Source of the DNA: Octopus sinensis
Taxonomy: Eukaryota
DNA length: 64,000 nucleotides
Assembly (NCBI RefSeq): GCF_006345805.1
Contig: NW_021830451.1
Span: 6,266-70,265, forward strand
Direction: 5' to 3'
Positions 54,374-64,000 of the stretch are shown in pieces. The notes under the pieces were generated by a model. That model worked only from the letters and a program-made list of their open reading frames with translations. It made no database searches and was not told where the DNA came from. Within the stretch, counting starts at the first letter, position 1. Each line of letters begins with the position of its first letter. The position numbers and the translations under genes are program-made.

Positions 54374-55186
54374 GTAGTTCGAGAGGGAAGCATGCATCTT
54401 AAACTATTAGGAATAGCAAAAGTGAAACAAAATTAATATATTCTTCTATACATATATATGTATGTATGTATATATATATATATATATAATATATAAATAT
54501 ATATAATTTTTAATCATATAAAGGATACACGAGGATTCATTTTGAATATTTACCCATTCATGTATGTAAATATATATATAAATGTTAAATTTCCTTCTAA
54601 AGGTAAATATAATACATTTTTTGAATTCCTTTGGTGTGAGGCAAACAGGGTTTACGTTGTAGCTTCGCGATTGTAGCGACGTGTTTGTTTATTTTTAGAA
54701 TGACATTGTACGTAACGTGTGAGAGGTGAGAACTGTTGCTTTTAAACGTCTAACACAGGAAATATTTGAGTTGGATTTGGCCGGTTGACATGCTGAAGGG
54801 CAAAACAAGGATATATTTGACAATGTTGTCCCTGCCATATTAAAAAAAATATATATAACAAAACCAAAAGAAAAACACAGGTATTTCAGATGCTCGTGGC
54901 TGTAAGAGCTTTGATCAAAAGTCTGCTCGATCCGGGGGTGACCTCGAACTAAACACCAATCGCAAAACAACAGCAGAAATGGCACCAGAAAATCTAAATG
55001 CTTTAGATGTAGATACACAATACACGCCTGAGTGCTACGTTGCGCCTTATGTAATCTTCTCAAAACCTTCACTACGGAATAATTTATTTGAATAGCGAGT
55101 CAGTTTATTGGAAGTGAAGTAATAAGCATGTGTAGAAAAGAGCTAATCTATAAGAATAAACGCCGCGTATATGCAGAAGACATTCA

Positions 55187-55246
<60 letters not shown>

Positions 55247-55723
55247 ATATGTGTGTATATGTATGTATGTATGTATGTATGTATATGGGAATTGAGAATG
55301 TTTGTGTGGGTTTGTTCATGTACGCAAACACACTCGTGCATACTTTCATGTAATTACTATTGCACGTATGCATACGAAGATAACATCACAACTTACAAAT
55401 TCGATCCATTAGCAGAAGCATAAAACTGTGTTAAGCTCTTTTATATATTCCTCCTTTGATTTATCCGGGTTTTTGTTGTATGAATGTTAACAAAGGAAGT
55501 TTTTTTTTTTCTTTCTTTCTAAGCTGCGGAGTTTCACTCACTTATCAAATAGAAAGGCAAATAGTGAGATAAATATTAATGTGTGAAAGAAAACACAGAG
55601 CGGACGCGTACATGTTTGTCTGTTTGTCACATAGATATACGCACAATACATTTAAACACACCTCCACCACACACATCCGTACGTATACACACACACACAT
55701 ATATATATCTTTACATACTCATG

Positions 55724-55756
<33 letters not shown>

Positions 55757-56006
55757 CATATACATATATATATACATATATATATATACATACATACATA
55801 TATATACATACATACAATATATATATATATATTTATATATATATATATGTATATATATATTATATATTTATATATATGTATATATTATATATATATATGT
55901 CTATATATATATATATCTATATTATATATATATAGTAATATATCTATATATATATCACATATATATATGCATGTATATATAAATAATATGATGTATATAT
56001 ATGTAT

Positions 56007-56079
<73 letters not shown>

Positions 56080-56706
56080 GCATATATATATGTATATATA
56101 TATAATATATGTAATATACACACACACATACACAAACACACCACGCACACGCACGCACACACACGCACGCATACACACACATACACACGCGCACACATAT
56201 ATGTATATACGTATGCACACACATATATTTACGCAGATTGTAAGTAACACACTTAGAATGCAGGCATTTGCATCGCAGGTTTTTGTCACACTTTTAAAAA
56301 ATCTTTCCCTGATTAAACGATGCAATTGATCCGAAGATAGAAGAAGAAAAATAATACCTGAGCTGTGATAATCATTGCACATGTCCCCATGACGGTGAAA
56401 ATTCACGGATCACTTATTGCAAACGCCATTTAGAGTATCAAACTTTTGCTATTAATCACCACAAGAAAACAAGCAGAAACAAATTGACCTTTTCCTCAAC
56501 TTTCTTTTACCGCACCTAAAAAGGTCATTAGAGGCAGTTATTTTCTCAGCATGTGCATATTTGAAATACTAAATACTTGACATATATTGAAGAAAGAGAG
56601 CAGAAACTTCTATATTTTGTTTGGGATTTTAAAGATTTGCTTTAGAGTTTTGTTTCACTTTTGCTATTCCTAATAGTTTAAGATGCATGCTTCCCTCTCG
56701 AACTAC
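54374..56706. repeat. Perfect 59-bp inverted repeat (54374-54432 / 56648-56706)
   Basis: gtagttcgagagggaagcatgc...gtgaaacaaaa and its exact reverse complement. Confidence 0.9.
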
Positions 56707-57351
56707 CGCCTTTAAATATATCAAGCAAGCATAGCTGTGTCATTACAACTTAAACTCTATAATATTTGTTGTTCTTGCCTTCTTCTTGTTTTCCCTGGAA
56801 TGCACTTATCCTTGTTTAAGGTTTTATAGTTTTTTTTCATTTTGTTGTGTTTTACATGTATATTTCTATTTTGTTCTCGAAGTTGTAGTAGGTTTTGATC
56901 CGGGGAAAAGAGTTTTACGTAGAAAGAATATCGGGAAGATTTATTAGAAGTATGTGTGTGTCAACTGTGATTAGAACATTGAATGTATGTATGTATGTAC
57001 GTATGTATATATGCATGCATGTATGTATCTGTCTATTTACCAATCTATCTATCAGTCAGTCTATCCTCTTTTCACTCTTTCTCTCTCTATATATATACAT
57101 ATATATACTACACACACACACAAACATATATATCAATACAGTGACACATACAAATATCTATACCTATATATAAACGTCTGTATAGAAGTATAATGTGTGA
57201 GATGAAACGGATGAAAGTAAAAAAGAATAAAAGAGAGCGAGACTGTGGATGTATGTATGTCTGTTGTATGATATACATACACATACCGTATATATACTAT
57301 ATATACTATATATATATATATATTTATATAGATATATAACCGGGATAAGCT

Positions 57352-57555
57352 TATGAAAATAAAACAAAAGACGAAGGCAGGTGAAATACAAACAAACAAT
57401 TGTATTAGTATGGCGCTCAGGAATATAATAAAACAAGTCTTTTACGTTTCGAGTCTACGCTCTTCAACAGAAAGATACACAGGAAAGGAACTCAGAAAGA
57501 AAACAAGGAGAGAAAAAAAAGCGTGCAGAGGCTAGCGAATCAACATGGCGATCTA
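57352..57555 (-). mobile_element. Family H1 fragment with a minimal HHR at 57438-57475
   Basis: Minus strand tcttt-CTGTTGA-A-GAG-cgtaga-CTC-GAAA-CG-TA-aaaga. Confidence 0.7.
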
Positions 57556-57629
57556 TATATACTATGTATGTGTGTCTATAATTATATAATGTATATATAT
57601 ATATATATATGTATAATATATTATATATG

Positions 57630-57704
<75 letters not shown>

Positions 57705-57994
57705 TATATAATATATATATATATATATTTATTATATATATATATTACATATATATATATATATTTAATATATATATACATATATATACATATATATATA
57801 TATATATATTATTATTATATATATAATTATATACATATATAATATGTATTATATATATATATATATGCTATATATCTATCTATATATATATGTATATAAT
57901 ATATATCTATATTACATATATACATATATGTATATATTATATATATAGATATAATATATATATATACATATATACGTATATTTATATATAAAAA

Positions 57995-58836
57995 GTGCGT
58001 GCGATGGGTAAATTGTTTTAATTTCGTGCATGTGCATTGTTTGTTTTTTCATTTTCTCGACTTCACACAGAATAGTAGGGTAAGTTGGGCACCGTCTGTG
58101 AGAAGAACAGCACCATGATGTAATTCACTCTGCAGGAAATTTGGAAGTGATACGCTGTACAGCTTGGTGCTGGAAGCTCCAATGCAAACATTTCAGAGTG
58201 TTTGGGTGTCAGTGTGAGGACAGTGCGATCTGAGGTTGTGTACTGAGTGTGATAAAAAGCAAACATCCAGTCAACATCATGGTGTTTGGGGTAATGGCCA
58301 CGTTATGCCTCCATCTTTCCGCACGGCCACAGACTCAACATGAGCTCTGCAACAACTACCTGGATGAGATAGGGCTCTCCTAGGTCAAGAGGGTTGCTGC
58401 TGGAAGACTCTTGTCTGACAACAGGATTCTCTACCAGCAGGATTCTACCACACAAGCAGGAGAACCCAATAATGGCCGTGAGACAATTTCTGCGACTACA
58501 TCACCGCTAACATCTGGCTGCCTAACTCTCCAGACTGCAACCCCGTTGATTATTATATGTCGGGCGCAGTTGATCTAGAACCCAACAAAACTCCTGCAAC
58601 ACGATACATATATACTGAAGGCAAGGATTATGTCAGCATCCACCAAAATATACAAAGGGACTAACCAAATGAGTTGCAGGAGATACCGAAGTCGTATGGA
58701 GGTCGTGACTGAAGTCAATGGCAATTTTATTGAATAAATTTAATCTATAGTATTTCAAGATATTTTAATGTAAATTTGGTAAATATATGTTAACATTTTT
58801 GCGTAATTTAGACGACAATTTATTCACCACAGCCTG
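57995..58836 (+). mobile_element. Second DD37D (maT)-type deletion derivative
   Basis: Colinear with 17238-18120: KHPVNIMVFGV, QQDS, IWLPNSPDCNPVDYY; TIRs gcgatgggtaaattgt / acaatttattcaccac. Confidence 0.85.
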
Positions 58837-58875
58837 TATATATATGCACTGATACCGACATCGGCACTTACTACC

Positions 58876-58918
<43 letters not shown>

Positions 58919-59006
58919 CCTACTTATATATATATACTAGTTCAATCAGGATGGACATTTATTATACTCTTATTTCATTATATCATATTATCTTATATTA
59001 TATTTT

Positions 59007-59252
59007 GAAGGCGTGTGGATCAATGGTTAGGGTATTCGGTTCACAATCCTATGGTCGTGAGTTCAATTCCCGGCGACGCGGTGTGTCCTTGAGCACTTTA
59101 TTTCACGTTGCTCCAGTCCACTCAGCAGGCAAAAATGAGTTGTATCTGTATTTCATGCTGAATCTCCCTGAGAACTACATTAAGAGTACCTGTTAATTTC
59201 ACGAGCAAGCTGATCGCTAGGACCCTCGTCGTCGTAACCGACGGAGTGCTTC
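59007..59252 (+). mobile_element. Family C SINE
   Basis: gaaggcgtgtggatcaatggttagg head, gagttcaattccc B box, tttcacgttgctccagtccactcagc body. Confidence 0.8.
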
Positions 59253-59357
59253 TTTCAATATTATATTATTGTAAGAATGTAAATAAAACGTGAAATTCAA
59301 AGTTTAAATTTCTTTGAGTAATATATTCTTCTAAATACAATCAAAGAAAGCCGTGTG

Positions 59358-59417
<60 letters not shown>

Positions 59418-59440
59418 ATATATATATAAACATATATATA

Positions 59441-59498
<58 letters not shown>

Positions 59499-59558
59499 AC
59501 ATTATTTATTTATTTGTGAAAAAGTGTAGGTGGCATAAGATTGGGTATATATTATAAA

Positions 59559-59753
59559 AAAGAAGTTTGAAAACGCCACGATATAAGATAAATTTTAATT
59601 GATTCTTACTAGTCTCAATTATGAAATTTTTTATTGCACTTAACTTTTAAAAATATTTTTGATAAAGTTCGTTTTTTCAAGAAGAACCGAAACATATAAA
59701 ATCTGTAAGAAAATTAAAATTTATCTTATATAGTGGCCTTTTCAAACTTCTTT
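59559..59753. repeat. 42-bp inverted repeat (2 mismatches) in a TA-embedded element
   Basis: 59559-59600 versus 59712-59753. Confidence 0.75.
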
Positions 59754-59807
59754 AATACACACACAACAACACATATATATATATATGTATATATATAAAT
59801 ATACAGA

Positions 59808-60185
59808 GAGAGACCAAGCCCACACTTAAAGACTCCAATTAAAAAGCAAAGCGTGGATAGGAATGGGCTCTCTCCCAGTTCATTTGTTGAAAGATGGGTG
59901 AATGAAGCGAATGTGACCCGAGTAAATAAACCTGCTCTAATCATGGACTTTTAAGCCGGAATTTTCGAAAGAGAAAAGAGCACTTACCATGATGCACCAT
60001 GATGAGAAGGATGACTCACCATCTACGATATCCCTAATCGCCCCTACGGGACACCCTCTGCATTGGGGAATTTTGTTGCCTATAATTTTATAGTTTAATT
60101 TTTCTTGTTTTATTATTCATGTATCTTATGTAAACAAACACGGTCTCTTCTTTTAAATAATCTTGCTTTGTGTGCCAATAAGGAA
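59808..60185 (+). mobile_element. 3' end of a Tx1-like LINE related to 47628-50140
   Basis: LSPSSFVERWVNEANVTRVNKPALIMDF* aligns by eye with LSSIVFIKRLSIVAGLVRLNGSTLNMVF*; a similar agagcactt UTR motif follows. Confidence 0.65.
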
Positions 60186-60221
60186 ACAATTATCATTATT
60201 GTTATTATAACTGTTATAGTT

Positions 60222-60592
60222 AAGGCGGGGACCTGGCAGAATCGTTAGCGTGCTGAACGAAATGATTATACAGTATTTGGTCCATCATTACGTTCTGAGC
60301 ACAAATTCCACTGAGGTCGACTTTGCTTTTCATCCTTTCGGGGTCGATAAATTAAGTGCCAGTTCCGTACTGGGATCGATCTAATGGACAGGCCCCACTC
60401 TTCCAAAATTTCGGACCTTGTATCTAGTGTAGAGAAGGTTACGTTCTGAGTACAAATTCCGCTGAGGTCAACTTTGCCTTTCATCCTCTCGGGGTCGAGA
60501 AATTAAGCAACTGTAAAACACTGAGATCGATGTAATCGGCCAGTCCCCTCCACCCCATATCTCAGGTCTTGTGCCTATAGTAGAAAGGATTA
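60222..60592 (+). mobile_element. Family B SINE, partial dimer
   Basis: Head aaggcggggacctggcagaatcgttagc; the body restarts at ~60439 (ttacgttctgag). Confidence 0.85.
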
Positions 60593-60715
60593 CTATTGTT
60601 ACGGTTTGACGTTGTTGTTACTAACATTATCATGCATACGTTGCTCCACTTGATTTCTGTCTTTCAAAAAATTGTTATATTCCAGTCAATCTGTCAGAAG
60701 TGGTGTGTCTATATA

Positions 60716-61278
60716 TTGGGTTGTCCGGAAAGTTCGTGCCAATTTATAGTAGCTTAGCTTTCGGATTATTTTAGAACATGGTTGAGTTCATAAAATAGGA
60801 TTTGGCTACACCTCCATTTAGAGCACTGTTTAAGCTATCTCATCATGGAAGAAGGTTTATGTTCCTATAACCTGTGTTAATACTGAAACCCTTTAAAATG
60901 GAAGATAAGACAGTTCATTTTTGGCACTTGATGCTTTGAGAACCAGACAAAAATTGTTGCAGCTCGGCTTGGATGTGTTACCCCACCCTCCATATTCACC
61001 AGATATTGTTCCTTCGGATTTCCACTATTTCAGGTCTCTGCAGAATAGTTTTAATGGTAAAAATTTCAATTCCTTGGATGACGTAAAAAGATACCTTGTT
61101 GAATATTTAGACATGAAACCACCTCATTTCTAGAAAGAGGGTATTTTCAAGTTAAAAGAAAGATGGAGACGCATTGTGCAACGACATGGTTCATATTTGG
61201 TTGATTAAAAATGTAATGGCAAGTATTTATTGACCTTTTTCTTTCCCTTAAAAATCGGCACGAACTTTCCGGATAACC

Positions 61279-61281
<3 letters not shown>
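60716..61281 (+). mobile_element. Mariner (DD34D) deletion derivative, 566 bp
   Basis: TIRs ttgggttgtccggaaagttcgtgcc / ggcacgaactttccggataacccaa; N-terminus MEDKTVHFWH fused to the C-terminal LPHPPYSPDIVPSDFHYFRSLQN...GIFKLKERW. Confidence 0.92.
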
Positions 61282-61312
<31 letters not shown>

Positions 61313-61316
<4 letters not shown>

Positions 61317-61797
61317 GAATATAAACAAGAAGGGTAGTAATATTATTTACTACCAGGTGCCCACACAAAAGGACGAATTAGTCATAAGACAAAAATATTA
61401 TTCATATAGAAAAATATTATTCATGTAGTTATACTTAAGGCTCCTAAATTAAGATGCCGAGTGCTGGGAACACAAAAAGGGGATGAATTTATCGAGAGTG
61501 AAAATCAAAAACATTTACCGATAACTTTAACAACTCGAACCGCACGGTTTCTGCTTCTTTTAGCAAAACACAGAATATGTTTGCTAAGGCTCTTCGTCAG
61601 CGAGTCGCCTGAATTGAATCGAGGTCTGCAGCGATGTGGGACCATGTGTTGATCTCGACTACTAGCAGATCTTAACTTTTCAAATCTCTGCGCAGACGCA
61701 AAACTTACACAGCAGTATAGGGCATGCCGGGAAGAATTTTACGAATAAATCCATCATGTAATATGCGAATATAAACAAGAAGGGTAGTAATATTATT
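61313..61797 (-). mobile_element. 450-bp monomer with a ~35-bp terminal direct repeat and an HHR motif
   Basis: cgaatataaacaagaagggtagtaatattatt at 61316-61347 and 61766-61797; begins in (TA)n. Confidence 0.7.
61529..61609 (-). ncRNA. Type I hammerhead motif with an imperfect stem II base
   Basis: Minus strand GGCGACTCG-CTGACGA-A...TTAGCAAA/TTTGCTAA hairpin...GAAA-CC-gtgc-GG-T-T-CGAGTTGTT. Confidence 0.55.
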
Positions 61798-62119
61798 ATA
61801 CTCACACACATTTGCACAAACGTATTTATGTGTTTGTAGATTTTGAATGTTTAAAGAGCATAATATGTATTTGAGCCAAACACTCCATTTCACGTTGTTT
61901 CAGTCCACTCAGCTGGCAAATATGAGTAACGCTGCGATGGACTGGCGTCTTGTTTAGCTGGGGAACACACAAGCTAGGCTTTAAAAAGGGCGCATTTTAT
62001 ATATATATATATATACACACACATATATATAATATATATATATAATAATAATATATAATAATAATAATAATAATATAATAATAATAATAATAATAATATA
62101 ATAATAATAATAATAATAT

Positions 62120-62453
62120 TAGGGAGTAAATCTAAACTTACAGGGAAAAATTTGATTTAGGATTAAATCAAATTTCACAGTATAAATATAAATTAAATTA
62201 GATATAAAACTACTATCAGGCAAATCAAACAGTGAAAAACACAAACCAAAACCTAAAAATAAATATAATCAATATAATATACAAAATATATAAAATATAA
62301 AATCAAAATATTTAAATTTTTAAATTTTTAATTTATATTTATAATTTTTCTTTATATATATATTTTTAAAATTTTAAATTTATAAATTTTTAAACTTTTA
62401 ATTTTTCAATATTTATGTTTATTTATTTATTATATATATATACATGGCAAAAT

Positions 62454-62490
<37 letters not shown>

Positions 62491-63335
62491 GAGAGGGAGA
62501 GAGTGAAATAAATAGGTAGACAAAAAGACACACAAAATGTTATATATAACTCATTCCGGGTGGATTGTTCGTAGCACAGAAATCCAAATTTCTCAATAAA
62601 TAATCAGCTATGTATGAAATGCATACACGTAGAGCATATATAGAATATATATTCACAAAGGAAGATAAGGATTTTAATTGTCACGGGCCATAGAAATTGC
62701 TTCCTTATTAGGTTACTTCGAAAGGCGTAAGTGTGGGTATCATATCTAATCTCCAACAATATTTGATAGGATACTAGAATATTCTTTCGAAAACTTTGAA
62801 TATTGATCCGATTTTTGTATTTGTTTTACTTTTAAGTGTTCAAAGAAATGGAGTCAGCAATGTCTTATTAAGAATGTAAAATACATCATTTTGATGACTA
62901 TTTTTGTTAGGAAAATAGTTTATATGTTCTGTGTACTTGTGGTGTTTATTACGTATGAGAGCGAACGTTTTGTGAATTGATATGGCCGAAGTACTATCTG
63001 ATAATGGATAAAAGAAATACATCTTTCAATACTTTTGGCGTAGATTACGCCAATGTTATGACGAGAGGTCTTGCCTCTCAGCTAGATTCTGAATAGGTTC
63101 AGCTTATGATGTTCGGAAGTGCTTTGAGGATCTGCTATTCGCTAGCAAAAAATTGAGAGAATCTAAGTTCTTCCCCAAGACCAATCTGAGTACCCGGTAT
63201 ACACTGATCAGCCATTGCCCCTGTTATTTAATAGACAGTCATTTCGAACGGATCTCATGTTCAACTGTTGAATAACAGTACCTTTAAAAGTTCTGTGAAA
63301 ACTTCACCAAATATGTGATTAGAAAATGCCGGCAC
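62120..63335 (-). mobile_element. Decayed Penelope-like retroelement (RT thumb/linker remnants and terminal region)
   Basis: Minus-strand QILKALPNIIS*TYSESS (63134 downward) and TKIGSIF (62818-62798) resemble the Penelope/Poseidon HPPxIxKxLPxxISxRIS and TxIGxxF motifs; a 12-bp hairpin follows GAAA near 62147-62177. Confidence 0.5.
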
Positions 63336-63356
63336 GTTTTTTATACAATATATATA

Positions 63357-63396
<40 letters not shown>

Positions 63397-63589
63397 TATA
63401 ATATATAAGAACTGCAGTCTGAGAATTTACCGTTTAGTAAATGTTTTTATCTTCATTTCACTTAATTATCAAGCTTCTGTATTCCTAGCACATATTCGCC
63501 TTAATGTACTGATATATGAAAAATATATGGCTTGTGTTAGTAATACCAGCGATTATAATTATTTTTATTTTATCGCAATTTGATTTGTT

Positions 63590-63620
<31 letters not shown>

Positions 63621-63625
63621 TATAT

Positions 63626-63716
<91 letters not shown>

Positions 63717-63744
63717 CATGTGTTGTATATATGTAGTATGTCCA

Positions 63745-64000
63745 TATCCTTTGCGTTCTTTGTCTGTTGCATTCATTAGGCTGCGGCCATGCTGGAACAC
63801 CGAATTGAAGTATTTTAATCAAGTGAATCTTCCCAGGTACGTATTTTTAAAGCCTGTTACTCATTCTATCGGTTTCTTTTGCCAAACCACTAGAGGAATA
63901 AGTTGTCAAGCGGCGGTGGGGAGACGGAGGCAGACAGACAGACAGGCAGACACACACACACACGAGCTTCTTTCAGTTTCCGTCTGTCAAATCCACTCAC
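63745..64000 (-). mobile_element. Family A SINE running off the window end
   Basis: ctgcggccatgctggaacacc tail and cttctttcagtttccgtctgtcaaatccactcac. Confidence 0.85.

Noticed and set aside
54330-54436. Possible terminal exon GSCSSGDSHDS...KQN*
   Set aside because: About 35 codons, no recognisable homology and no partner exons; compatible with chance.

Overview
AT-rich, repeat-saturated eukaryotic DNA, either intergenic or deep intronic. The SINE families and the dense (TA)n, (CA)n, (AAT)n, (AGAT)n and (ACAT)n tracts point to an octopus (coleoid cephalopod) genome; this is an inference from pattern recognition. No host protein-coding exon was recognisable. Almost all ORFs in the track are microsatellite artefacts or decayed transposon fragments: Tc1/mariner/maT, hAT MITEs, Tx1-, CR1-, RTE- and Penelope-type retroelements, and three tRNA-derived SINE families. 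The main unexplained signal is a set of small non-coding elements sitting in (TA)n tracts that carry type I hammerhead ribozyme (HHR) motifs, from at least seven unrelated sequence families. The best case is a 3.25-copy tandem array of a ~459-bp unit (35960-37452) with a canonical, identical HHR in every unit. That is the architecture of a non-LTR retrozyme or Penelope pseudo-LTR array, predicted to release ~455-460-nt monomers that could circularise. Other HHR elements show tandem, terminally redundant or fold-back arrangements, and a decayed Penelope ORF lies at 62.1-63.3 kb. Also present: a 28S rRNA fragment captured inside a repeat, an ABAB higher-order SINE array, a 5'-5' mariner, a mini-MITE with SINE filler, and a perfect 59-bp inverted repeat spanning 2.3 kb. 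Folds were read by eye, ribozyme activity is untested, and boundaries of decayed elements are approximate.
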